Origin: Octopus vulgaris
Taxonomy: Eukaryota
Direction: 5' to 3'
DNA: 64,000 bases
Assembly: GCA_951406725.2 (NCBI GenBank)
Contig: OX597824.1
Span: 22,568,001 to 22,632,000 of the forward strand
Part shown: positions 37,373 through 50,925 of the stretch, one piece after another
Numbering within the stretch: position 1 is the stretch's first letter
Layout: each line of letters starts with the position of its first letter
Program-made: the position numbers and the translations under genes
Notes under the pieces: generated by a model
Databases searched by the model: none
The model's input: the letters and a program-made list of their open reading frames with translations, nothing else
What the model was told of the DNA's origin: nothing

Positions 37373-39030
37373 TTAACGTCCGCTTTCCATGCTAGCATGG
37401 GTTGGACGGTTCAACTGGGTCCGGGGAGCCCGAAAGCTGCACCAGTCCAGTCAGATCTGGCAGTGTTTCTACAGCTGGATGCCCTTCTAACGCCAACCAC
37501 TCCGAGAGTGTAGTGGGTGATTTTATGTGCCAGACGAGGCTGGCAGACGGCCACGCTCGGATGGTGTTTTTATGTGCCACCGACACAGGTGCCAGATGAG
37601 GCTGGCAAACGGCCACGATCGGATGGTGCTTGTTACGTGCCCACAGCACGGAGGCCAGTCGATGCGGTACTGGCTACGGCCACGTTCAGATGGTTTTCTT
37701 GATGTGCCACGTGCCACCGGCACTGGTACCACAAAGATACAAATTCCATTGATGTTCATCTATTTTGATTTGTTTTGATTTTCACTTGCCTCAACAGGTC
37801 TTCACAAGTGTCACAAGAAGGAAGGTATGCACAGGTGGACTGACTACGTCCCAGGTAGGGGCCATGGGTTATGGCCTGACTAGTCTTGCCGGGTCTTCGG
37901 ATGGTGTTTTTATGTGCCACCGACACAGGTGCTAGATGAGGCTGGCGAACGGCCACGATCGGATGGTGTTTGTCATGTGCCCACCGCACTGACTACAGCA
38001 CTGATGGATTTCTCTTGTGTGCCACAGGCACTGGTACCACAAGATACAAATTCCATTGATGTTCATCTATTTTGTCTATTTTGATTTGATTTGATTTGAT
38101 TTTCACTTGCCTCAACCGGTCTTCACAAGTGTCACAAGAAGGAAGGTATGCACAGGTGGACTGACTGAGTCTTGCCGGGTCTTTGGAAGGTGTTTTTATG
38201 TGCCACCGACACAGGTGCCAGATGAGGCTGGCGAACGGCCATGATCGGATGGTGTTTGTTACGTGCCCACAGCACGGAGGCCGGTCGATGCGGAACTGGC
38301 TACGGCCACGTTTGGATGGTTCTCTTGTGTGCCACCGGCACTAGTACCACAAAGTGTGTGCCACCGGCACTGGTACCACAAAGATACAGATTCCATTGAT
38401 GTTCATCTATTTTGATTTGTTTTGATTTTGATTTTCACTTGCCTCAACAGGTCTTCACAAGTGTCACAAGAAGGAAGGAATGCACAGGTGGACTGACTAC
38501 GTCCCAGGTAGGGCCCATGGGTTATGGCCTGACTAGTCTTGCCGGGTCTTCGGATGGTGTTTTTATGTGCCACCGACACAGGTGCTAGATGAGGCTGGCG
38601 AACGGCCAAGATCGGATGGTGTTTGTAAAGTGCCCACAGCACGGAGGCCAGTCGATGCGGAACTGGCTACGGCCACTTTCGGATGGTTTTCTCTTGTGTG
38701 CCACCGGCACTGGTACCACAAAGATACAAATTCCATTGATGTTCATCTATTTTGATTTGTTTTGATTTGATTTTGATTTTGATTTTCACTTGCCTCAACA
38801 GGCCTTCACAAGTATCACAAGGAGGAAGGTATGCACAGGTGGACTGACTACGTCCCAGGTAGGGGCCATGGTTTATGGCCTGACTAGCCTTGCCGGGTCT
38901 TCGGATGGTGTTTTTATGTGCCACCGACACAGGTGCTAGATGAGGCTGGCGAACGGCCACGACCGGATGGATGTTTGTTATGTGCCCATAGCACGATGGC
39001 CAGTGATGCAGTACTGACTACAGCCATGTT
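37343..39030 (-). repeat. RTE-3'UTR element with ~4.3 tandem internal units of ~290-370 bp
   Basis: GGATGGTGTTTTTATGTGCCACCGACACAGG unit starts at ~37559, 37899, 38185, 38552 and 38903. Confidence 0.9.
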
Positions 39031-40131
39031 CGGGAAAGACACCAATAGCAAGCGGGGTGCCACAGGGCACAGTCTTGGGACCCTTGCTGTTTTTGGTGGC
39101 GCTCTCTGACATGCCCTTGGTAGCACAAACAACATCCCTCACTAGCTATGCTGATGACACAAAGGTAGCACAGGCAATCAAAAACCCAGCTGATGCTGAC
39201 CTTTTACAACAAGATCTGGATGCCATATACAAATGGGCTGAAGACAACAACATGCAATTTAATGCTGGCAAATTTCAAGCCTTACAATATCAAGCTGTAA
39301 ACACATATACATTACAACACAACTATACTGGTCCAGGAGGGATCGAAATCCCAGTATCGAAATCAATACGGGACCTGGGGATAGACATGAGTGACGATGC
39401 ATCTTTTTCTTCACACATCGCGAAGGTGGCGACAATGTGCAGACGACTCACTGGCTGGATCCTGAGGACATTCCGGACAAGAGACTGCGAGACCATGTTG
39501 ACACTATGGAGGACATTTGTCCTAAGCCGCCTGGACTACTGCTCCCAACTGTGGTCACCGCATAGTGTCAAACTAACCACAGAGCTTGAGACAATCCAAA
39601 GACATTTCACCAAGAGGATTTCCACCATGAAAGAAAAGAACTATTGGGAGAGGCTTAGGGAACTCAATTTGTACTCCTTGGAACGAAGACGAGAGAGATA
39701 TGCAGTGATATACATATGGAAAATCCTGGAGGGACTAGCACCAAATTTTGGAATTGAGAGCTGTTCCAATCCCCGTACAGGACGTCACTGTGTGGTGCCA
39801 AAGGTCCCGTCTTCCACATCCAGGGTAAGGAGCAGATACTGTAATAGCCTGGGGTTCAGGGGCCCTCAGCTGTTCAACAAACTGCCAAGAAAACTAAGAG
39901 ATCTACATGATGCGGATGTGGACATTTTCAAAAACATCTAGACAAGCTGCTTTCCGGGATCCCAGATGAACCCACTGCAAGGTACGAAGGTAACCTAAGG
40001 GCAGCAGCTACAAACTCTCTCTTAGATCAGTGGCCAGCCACGGCAAACTGGACTTAGAGAGGGTAGCAACAAGGGCGGTGCCCCAGCATGGCCTCAGCCG
40101 GATGGCTGAAACAAGTAAAAGAGTAAAAGAG
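39031..40131 (+). mobile_element. CR1 LINE 3' fragment with RT core
   Basis: SGVPQGTVLGPLLF..SYADDTKV..RDLGI..RLDYCSQLWSP; tail GCTGAAACAAGTAAAAGAGTAAAAGAG. Confidence 0.92.
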
Positions 40132-40199
40132 TATATATATATATATATACTTATATGTATGTATATATATGCATATATATATTTATACATATATATACA

Positions 40200-40242
<43 letters not shown>

Positions 40243-40291
40243 GTATATATATGTATAAATATATATATGCATATATATACATACATATAAG

Positions 40292-40323
<32 letters not shown>

Positions 40324-40377
40324 CACACATGTATATATATGTATAAATATATATATGCATATATATACATACATATA

Positions 40378-40412
<35 letters not shown>

Positions 40413-40466
40413 CACACGTATATATATGTATAAATATATATATGCATATATATACATACATATATA

Positions 40467-40505
<39 letters not shown>

Positions 40506-40525
40506 TATATATACATACATATAAG

Positions 40526-40556
<31 letters not shown>

Positions 40557-40558
40557 GT

Positions 40559-40592
<34 letters not shown>

Positions 40593-40599
40593 ATATACA

Positions 40600-40639
<40 letters not shown>

Positions 40640-40678
40640 GTATATATGTGTATAAATATATATATGCATATATATACA

Positions 40679-40751
<73 letters not shown>

Positions 40752-41342
40752 CACACATGTATATATATGTATATATATATATGCATATATATACATACAT
40801 ATAAGTATATATATATATATATATATATATACATACACACATGTATATATATGTATATATATATATGCATATATATACATACATATAGTACATATATATA
40901 TATATATATATATACACACATGTATATATATGTATAAATATATATATGCATATATATAGATATATATACACATGTATATATATGTATAAATATATATATG
41001 CATATATATACATACATATAAGTATATATATATATATATATATATACACATGTATATATATGTATAAATATATATATGCATATATATATAGATATATATA
41101 CACATGTATATATATGTATAAATATATATATGCATATATATACATACATATAAGTATATATATATATATACACATGTATATATATGTATAAATATATATA
41201 TGCATATATATACATACATATAAGTATATATATATATACACACATGTATATATATGTATAAATATATATATGCATATATATACATACATATAAGTATATA
41301 TATATATATATATATATAAAAAACACACACACACACACACAT
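40132..41342. repeat. Higher-order TA-rich satellite
   Basis: Recurrent unit CACATGTATATATATGTATAAATATATATATGCATATATATACATACATATAAG with variable (TA)n. Confidence 0.95.
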
Positions 41343-42195
41343 ATACCTCATAATATTTCTGCTTGTCATTACGTTACTTTGCCTCTTGGTAATGCTTTCA
41401 TGTGATTAGTTGAATGAAAACCAGAGTACAAGAGGGAGAAAGAGAAAGGAGAAAAAGTAGATAAGGCAAACAGTGAGGGAGAAAGAAAAAGAGTGAGAGA
41501 GTAAAAGACAGAGAGTGAAAAAGAGGGAGAGAGAAGTGTCCATTACATGAGGTAGGGGAAACGTAATATTTATTACGTGGTGAAAAACGTTAGTTGAAGT
41601 TAGGGAAATAGAGGAGGCGAGCTAAAATTACAAGTTTAGCAGAGGGTGATGTTCTGCTGGTGAGGCTAAAGGTAGAGAGAAAGGAGTGAGAGGGAGAGCA
41701 GAGAGATGATGATGGTGGTGGTGGTGGTGGTGGTGGTGATGATGGAGGTAGTGACTGAATAGTGGAAAATGTATTTTTTTTAAAAGCTGAACTAATTCTT
41801 TTACATCACCTATCATTTAATGCAAGCGCATAAGTGCAATTCTGTGAAATATTCATGCTTATTAACTTGGCAGACATGTGCAATTTAACTAAAGGTTGTA
41901 TCATATGTATTGCGAAATTTTTTTGCTTATGGGGAAAAACAGAAAAATAAGTGCAAATATTTATTTTATGAGTGCTACGTATTAAGTTTATAAGATTGGG
42001 CATAAAGTATATAAAGTGTATTAACTAATCATCGTATTCCAGTTTCTTTCAGTTCCCAATGAACAGCAAATGAGAAACTGTTTTTCCATATAGACACAAC
42101 ACAGGCTATACTTTCTGGATTTTTGGACAAAGTTTTCATAGATAACCCAATGAAATATTCATGGCTCCTGCTCATGCATATATATATATATATAT

Positions 42196-42420
42196 ATAAC
42201 AGCTGATGACAGGTCAATACCTAGAGACTGCAGTCCATGCGTATCACTTAGGTTGACGAGGGAAGGATGACCTCCCTTTGCAAATACCTTAAGGGCACAG
42301 AAAGTGTGCCTAAAGCCAGCTGGAGGAGATGTTCTCCTGGGGCTACAAGCTACAGTAACACCCACCCTTAGTGGTTAGCCATATCGAGATGGCAAATAGA
42401 CCCCACACAGCTATTTTTGT
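42196..42420 (+). mobile_element. Short repeat family with hammerhead remnant
   Basis: CTGATGA 42203-42209, AGGT/ACCT, GAGAC-TGCA-GTC; body GGGCACAGAAAGTGTG..CTCCTGGGGCTACAA shared with 46750-46800 and 47225-47695. Confidence 0.7.
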
Positions 42421-43467
42421 AATATAACATTAACAAGCATTAACTCAGACATGCAGACAGATAGATGCACAGAGATAAATAAAATAGTTCTTACGGTATG
42501 GATAACATATGTAGTTGGTCTGAAAAAGATAAAAAAAATATACATTAATAACATATATATACACATATATAAATATGCAATATACCTACATATATACAAT
42601 ACATTATTACATGCACACACATATATTTAATTCTTGTACAAGAAGCTATGTCAATACTTTGATAGATGCAACAGGTCTATGATCAGAAGGTAACTGCAGT
42701 GATTTGGCATATACGATTTCTGTAATGCTACAATGGTGAAGGCAAATGGCTCAGTGGTTAGAGCATTGGGCTTACAACTGAGGTTGTGAGTTCAGTTCCT
42801 GGAACGAGCTCTGTTGAGTTCTTTGAGCAAGACATTATATTTTCCCATCGTTTCAGTCCACTCAGCTGTAGGAATGATTTGTAATGTCACTGGTGCCAAG
42901 CTGTATCGGGCTTTGTCTTTCCCTTGGACAGCACTGGTGGCACGAAGAGGGGAGGCTGGTATGCATGAATTGAGTGCTGGTCTTCCTTAAAGAACCTTGC
43001 CCAGACATGTGCCTTGGAGATAAACTTTCCAGGTGCAATCCCATGGTCATTCATAATTGAAGGGAGTCTTTACCCTTTGAAACTAGAATGGAATATTGCT
43101 TTTACAGCTGGAATGATGCTGATGTCATTGGAATGAAACCATTTGTTTGTGACTGTTTGGATATTCAACCAGTTTTGGTGGCAGTAGCTATTAGCACTGG
43201 AAGCAACCACACACATACATACACACACATGTGTATACTCTTACTCTTTACTCCTTTACTTGTTTCAGTCATTTGATTGCGACCATGCTGGAGCACCGCC
43301 CTTAGTCGAGCAAATCGACCCTGGGACTTATTCTTTGTAAACCCAGTACTTATTCTATCGGTCTCTTTTGCCGAACCGCTAAGTGACGGGGATGTAAACA
43401 CACCAGCATCAGTTGTCAAGCAATGCTAGGGGGACAAACACAGACACACAAACATATACACACACAC

Positions 43468-43520
<53 letters not shown>

Positions 43521-45699
43521 GACAGGCTTCTTTCAGTTTCTGTCTACCAAATCCACTCACAAGGCATTGGTTGGCCCGGGGCTATAGCAGAAGACACTTG
43601 CCCAAGATGCCACGCACTGGGACTGAATCCGGAACCATGTGGTTGGTAAGCAAGCTACTTACCACACAGTCACTCATGCGCCTCCTGTATGCAGAGATAT
43701 ATACATATTCAGATGGAGGGAGAGAAGATACGAGAGAGAGAGAGAGAGGGAGAAAGAGAAAGGGAGAAGAACATTACAATTCATAAGCTGAACACAACTG
43801 ACATAAACCTTTTCTCTCTCCTCATCCACATATAAGGAAATATGCTCTCACACATGCAGACAGAGTGAAGTGGGGGGAGGGAGGGGAGAATGAGAATAAC
43901 ATTACAACAAGAGAAACATAAAAAAAACACCTGATGTCAAATAAGTCAGCATCGAATCAGCACCACCAAATTAGCGGCACCGAAATGACTGTGCCAAAAT
44001 GGTGTGCCAAAGTGGCTGTGCCAAAACGTGTCATGCCCTGTGGCAGTTGCTACACTAGAAGAATGTTGGACATTCCTCCCTGAATCAAGGAATCTGTCTT
44101 TTCATTTTTTCATCTTTTATCGGTTTCGGTCATTAGACTGGCCATGCTGGGGCAAAGCCTTGAAGAATTTTAAGTGGAATGAATCATTCCCAGTACTTGT
44201 CCAATTTTATTTTTAAAGCCTGATATTCATTTTATTGGTCCTCTTTTGCTGAGCCGCTAAGTTACGGAGATGAAACACACCAACACTGGTTGTCAAGTAG
44301 TGGTAGGGGTCAAATACACACACAAGCACACATGCATACACCTTCACACAAAACACATGTGCATGCACACACACGCAGATACACATGCTTGTACACACAC
44401 ACACTTATGCTCACTCACACACATATACAATGGTCTTTTAGTTTCCGTGTACCAAATCCACTCACAAGGGTTTGGTCAACCCTAGGCTATAAAAGAAGAC
44501 ACTTGCCCAAGGTGCCATGCAGTGGGACTGAACCTGGCATCATGTGGTTGAGAAGCAAACTTCTGACCACACAACCATAATTGCCCCTATATGTTTCCCT
44601 TTTTTCTTTTTGTTTATTTATCATGTGCAGGCAAAACACTTCATTTCACGTTACTCCAGTCCACTCAGCTGACAAAAGTGAGTAACCCTGCGACAGACTA
44701 GCGTCCCATCCAGGTGGGGAGTTTATACGCCAAGGAAACGGGGAAACCGGCCCTTATGAGTCGGTATGACTCGAGAAGGTAACCTTTACATTTACTTTAC
44801 CACCACCACCACCACCAAAACTACCATCCCCACTACTAACACCAACACTGCCACCACCACCGCCACTGACTACACCATCACTTGCAGCTAGTCACTACCA
44901 CCCTACCATAACTACTACCACCCTCACCACCACCACCGCTTACACACCACCATCACTACCACTTCCACCCTTACCCTCACCATCACTACCACTTCCACCC
45001 TTACCCTCACCATCAATAATTGTTACCATATGGTAGAACTAGGCCCGACACACACACACACACATTTAAATACACAGTCTAAAAAGAGAAAAAAAAAATG
45101 TCCAAAAAAAACAACAAAAAAAGAACTGGAAATACGATAAAGCAAAAAATAAAAGAATAAAAGTTTGATTACGTAATGAATGAACGGAGATGATGACAAC
45201 GTGCAAACATGTCATCTAACAGTTTTTCGCTCCCTCCACACATCTAACCGTCTGTAGTACGCTCATCTGAACAATACAGCTAGTTGTTAGCGAGGACAGA
45301 GAGAGAACGAAATGTGTCATTTTTCAGTGTCTTCTGAACAAAGCACAACCATAACGTAATGTCATTAATCCTCAGAAACGAATCCGCCGCCGCAAAAGGC
45401 AGATGAATGAATGAGATTATTATATACACTTTACGCCGCATCTCTCTTGCACACACACCGCATATTTGACGTGCTTTGGTTGGTTCCCTGCATTTGCTTA
45501 CATAACCGACATGCTTGGCTAGTTAGCTGGCAGACACACGGTTCACACACACACAGACACACGTATGTATGTATGTATGTATGTATGATGATAATAATAA
45601 TACATAGATGCTTTACGAATGATGCAGATGCCCCCCTCCCCCACTCCGTCTCCTCAGATTCCGTTTCATCTTTTATCTCTCTCTTCTCTCTCTCTATAT

Positions 45700-45712
45700 A
45701 TAAAATGTACAT

Positions 45713-45755
<43 letters not shown>

Positions 45756-46026
45756 TATATACATATATATAAAATATATAAATAAAATGTATATATACAC
45801 ACATATATACACATATATACATATATATACACACACATATATACATATATATATATATACACACATATATATACATATATATATATACACACACATATAT
45901 ATACATATATATATATATACACACACATATATATACATATATATATATACACACACATATATATACATACACACACATATATATATACATATATATATAT
46001 ACACACACATATATATACATATATAT

Positions 46027-46089
<63 letters not shown>

Positions 46090-46114
46090 CACACACATAT
46101 ATACATATATATAT

Positions 46115-46185
<71 letters not shown>

Positions 46186-46450
46186 TATATATATATGTAT
46201 TTAGAGAGTGTGTGAGTGATACAGAAATGTCAGTCATACACACACACACATATATATATATACAAACACACATACATATATACATTATATATATATATAC
46301 ATACATACATATATATACACACACACACACACACACATGTATTTTCATAAATATACATAAATATATACATAAATATTTTGACATCACAGTCATTTAGTAA
46401 CTCACACACGCATACACATCCATGTACATACACACACACACACACACACA
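45700..46450. repeat. Compound (TA)/(CA) microsatellite
   Basis: Direct inspection. Confidence 0.95.
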
Positions 46451-46848
46451 TAGAAATATGAAATGCCTTTTATATTTAGGGAAAAGAAAAATGCACAAAT
46501 TAAGTACAGTTCAACAGAGAAGTTTCTATTGAAAGTCTTGTAGACATTTCCTTGTTTGTCAGAAAATGATCTCTTTTATCAGCGTCAGCTATCTATTCCT
46601 GCTAATCTGTTAGTATTTCTAATTTCAATTTCAGTTTCTTAGTTTGCTTTTCAACCTTTCAGGGTCGATAAGTACAGTACTAATCAAGAAATGGCATCAC
46701 CTAGTCCCCACTCACCCCTTTTCGTTTTTTTTTTTTCATAATATTATTGCAAATACTGATAGGGCACAGAAAGTGTGTCTATGGCTAGCACCGACTTGGT
46801 GCTTCAACTGAATCTCAATTATTTCTTATATATATATATATATATATA

Positions 46849-47223
46849 CTAGCAGTATCGCCCGGCGTTGCTCAGGTTTGTAAGGGAAATAACTATAAAG
46901 CATTTTTAGAGAGTTATAGCCAAAAAATAGCAAAAAAAATGATGGTAAATTTTTTTTGAGAGTTAAAAAAGGTGGAGTTGCGTCCCCTAGACGGTCTGCG
47001 GTTTGGGTTTCTGATTCTCGACCCCATGTCGAATTTATCGATTTTTTCAGAACTGGGGTTAACTTTTCAAAATTTTCGCTGCGTTAGTTTTGAATTATGA
47101 CATTGGGCTATGTGTGTGTCAAGTTTCATCAGAATCGGTTGAAAGCCGTGGTCAGGGTGAGGGTACGAGAAAACAGACACACAGAAACACGCACAGACAA
47201 ACTGCCGTTTATATATAGAGAGA
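46849..47223 (-). mobile_element. Non-autonomous Helitron
   Basis: Minus strand 5' TCTCTCTATATATAAACGGC; 3' hairpin CCTGAGCAACGCCGGG, then CTAG followed by T. Confidence 0.8.
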
Positions 47224-47224
47224 T

Positions 47225-47695
47225 ATAGGGCACAGGAAGTGAGTCAATAGCCAGCAGAAGGAGGTGTCCTCCTGGGGCTACAAACTACAGTAGCATCCGC
47301 CCTTAGGGGTTAGCCATATTTAAATGGCAAATATACGTCACGATGTGCTGTAGCTACTGTTTATAACTCGCTCTGAGAGTTATTATTGCTTGTTTACACT
47401 TTTTCGATATCAGTGTCTGTAGGATACTGGAAAAAGTATATGTATTTGTGAAGGGAAACTACTTTTCATCGACAACTGTGATTGTCACACGCCAATGACA
47501 GGTCAATATCTAGAAACTCGAGTCCGTGTGTATCATAAGTTGAAGACGGGAGGGATGGCTTCCCTTTGCAAATACTGATAGGGCACAGAAAGTGTGTCGA
47601 TGGCCAGCTGGAGGAGGTGTACTCCTGGGGCTACAAACTACAGTAGCATCCACCCTTAGGGGTTACCCATATTTAAATGGCAAATATATGTCATA
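47225..47695 (+). mobile_element. Partial tandem (~353-bp period) of the hammerhead-remnant family
   Basis: 47225-47345 repeats at 47578-47695; CACACG-CCAATGA..GAAAC-TCGA-GTC-CGTGTG at 47486-47530. Confidence 0.7.
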
Positions 47696-47984
47696 TTATT
47701 ATCATTGTATTAAATCTCACAGCTTATATTGCTGGGTATGATGGTACATATATATTTCTTTACTACCCACAAGGGGGCTAAACACAGAGAGGACAAACAA
47801 GGACAGACAAACGGATTAAGTTGATTATATCGACCCCACTGCGTAACTGGTACTTAATTTATCAACCCCGAAAAGATAAAAGGCAAAGTCGACCTCGGCG
47901 GAATTTGAACTCAGAACGTAACTGCAGACAAAATACGGCTATGCATTTCGCCCGGCGCACTAACATTTCTGCCAGCTCGCCTGT

Positions 47985-48745
47985 CCACAGCCAGCAGACT
48001 AAAGTGACATTTGTGTACTGGTCATGCTTCAAGAACCCTGCGAAAAATTCTTGCAGTTCCAAGTAATGCTGATTTTTGTAGGTGTTCTACCTTCACACTT
48101 GCACCAATCTTTTTCAGCCGTCTCGGTAGTTGAGTGCTGATACTTCCAAGAGCACCAATTACTATTGGCATCACATCTACTCTCTTCATTGACCACAACC
48201 TTTGTATTTCCCATTTTAAATCTTTGTAGTTGTTTATTTTTTCTTCTTTCACATTGATCCTGTTGTCACTGGGGGTATGCTATGTTGATTATCATAAACG
48301 TTTTCTGTTTTTTATTCCCCCCAAAATTATCATTATTATTATTCAGTAATCTTATTTTATCATGTGCTTTCACTGCACTACGAAACTCAACTCTGTGTGC
48401 CTTGGGTATGTGATGTGGTTTGTTATGATACTCTTACTTTTACTGTATTGAAAGTGTGTTTTACGCAGGATGTGTTTGGTGCCCAGTAGTGCTATTTTCT
48501 GTATGTTATATATACTTGTTAATCTTGGTGCTTTTATGTATGTGTCTGAATATTTTTTTATCATACCTAATATGCCTAATATGATAGGAATTGTTTAGAC
48601 TCCACATTCGAGTTACCTCTATTTCCTGGTCTTTGTATTTTGAAAGTCTCTCCATTTCTTTTAGAGAAACGTTGTCATCTGTTGATATTGATACATTGAT
48701 TAGAAAACATTTTTTCGTGATGATCTCTGACAACTATATCCAGCA
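47985..48745 (-). mobile_element. Two Dong/R4-type LINE 3' fragments (restriction-like endonuclease)
   Basis: KEEKINNYKDLKWEIQRLW..PIVIGALG..LQKSALLGTARIFRRVL and KEMERLSKYKDQEIEVTRMW..IQKIALLGT; bordered by (TAA)n. Confidence 0.8.
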
Positions 48746-50894
48746 TATTGGCATTATTATTATTATTATTGTTGTTGTTATTAAGGTGGTGAGCTGGCAG
48801 AATCATTAGCACACAGAGTAAAATGCTGAGTGGCATTTTGTTTGTCTTTACGTTCTGAGTTCATATTCTACTGAGACTGACTTTGCATTTTATTCTTTCT
48901 GGGTCGATTAAATAAGTACCAGTTATGCACTGGGGTTGATGTAATCGACTAATTCCTCCCACCAAATTTCAGGCCTTGTGCCTATAGTAGAAAGGATTAT
49001 AATGATAATAATAATAATAATTATTATTATAATATTATTGTTATATTATTATTATTATTATTATTATTATTAAGGCAGTAAGGTGGCAGGTTCAGTGGCA
49101 TTTCAAGTCTTTACATTTTGAGTTCAAATTCCACCAAGGTCATCTTTACATTTCATCCTTTTGGGGTCGGAAAAACAAGTCCCAGTTGAGCATTGGGGGT
49201 TGATGTAATTTGAACCCACAACCTACAAGAAAGGTGGTCCAATAGCACTATCCATTCAGCAATGCCACACATCTGGAATAACAGGAACTGCCAACTATGA
49301 GCTGCCAGAGATTCGATAAAAACTCTGGGCCCTTTGCCAAGTGCAAAAGAGAGTAATGTTTACACAGTCTCTACTTTTACTGGTTCTTTACAACTCAAAC
49401 AACCTTACTTAGCAACAGTTTGTAGTCACTTTTATTAAGAGCGAGGAAGAAGGAGATGGTTCCAAGCGCTTCTTAAATAACATATGAATAGCCTCTGAGG
49501 AAATCTAAAATTTAATGACTGTCGGAGTTAATTGTTTTGGACAAGATATATATGTTTGTTGTATCAAATATACATTCGACCATTATTTAATTTGCATCTA
49601 TAGATTATTTCTGGAAAACCAGATGTCTAAAAGAACAGAATTTCACAACTACATTTTAATTTCACTTACTCGTACAACCACAAAAATAAACTGTTATTAT
49701 AATCCTCATTCTGGTGGCATGCTAGCAGAATCGTTAGCACACTGGACAAAAATGCTTAGAGGAATTTCGTCTGTCTTTTCATTCTGAGTTCAAATTCCAC
49801 TTGGGTCAACTTCGCCTTTCATCTTTTTCAGGGTCAATAAATTAAGTACCAGTTACGTACTGGGGTCGATGTAATCAACTTAATCCGTTTGTCTATCCTT
49901 GTTTGTCCCCTCTATGTTTAGCTCCTTGTGGTCAATAAAAGAGATAAGAATCGTTAGCACACTAGGCAAAATGCTTAGTGGCATTTCGTCTGTATTTATA
50001 TTCCGAGTTCAAATTCCACTTGGGTCAACTTCGCCTTTCATCTTTTTCAGGGTCAATAAAAAATGTATCACTCAAGCACTGGGGTTGCTGTAATCGACTT
50101 CCCCCTCCCCTCAAAAGCTGTTGGCTCAGTGCCAAAATTTGAAACTATTATTATTATCATCAAATTATAATGTGCAGCATTGTCTCTTACAAGGTGCAGA
50201 TCTGTGCTTGCATGTTTCTTCCGAGTTGCTTTGCAATGAGGTTTAGGGGGTTTTTTTTCTGTTGTTTTCAGTGTCATTTCAGCATTTAGTTTGCTCGTTG
50301 TAAAGAACATGTGAAACACAAGTCGGGTATGTTTCATAGGGTGGATGATCACAACAGGAATGGTTTCAATCATAGATCTGATCGATATAGACCAGATGTT
50401 CCAATACTGTTAGGAATTTGTTTCAATAGAATTTATGGAAAACAATATTGAGCAATTATCGAACAATTTTGTTTTCTCTCCTCATTTCAACCCACACAAG
50501 CCTGGAAAACAGACATTAAAGGATGATGATGATAATAATGTGTTGATTTCTTTGTGTTTTTTGGGGTTTTTTTTTGCTTTTCTATTTGTTTTTCTGAAAC
50601 ACCTTCTAATTAACTGTTGCTAATTGTTATTAATTGCATTTATTTAAATCATTTAAATGCATCAGTAGGAATCACAGATATTGATTTAATAATTCAAACA
50701 TGACAAAGAAAAAAAAAAAACACATAGCATTTGAAATGAACTGTCAATTGTAGTAACTGGAAGCTTGCTACAAGGGGTGAGCGGACAGCAAGAAAAATCT
50801 TCAGAGGAAAGAATCCTCGTCAAACAAGCGGCCTGGCCCATTTGTTCTTGACTTTCTAAGGGAACCAAGCCTACACCTAACTGTCCCTCCACTG

Positions 50895-50925
<31 letters not shown>

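Noticed and set aside
37559-39030. CRISPR-like array (also the 33-bp repeat at 55835)
   Set aside because: No unique spacers, no cas genes, eukaryotic context.
49409-49504. 96-nt phase 1-1 exon candidate (FLRGYSYVI*EALGT...)
   Set aside because: In-frame TAA, modest acceptor and no independent support.
50686-50892. Minus-strand ORF after a poly-T AAACAG acceptor
   Set aside because: No convincing donor or protein similarity; the tract is a poly-A run.
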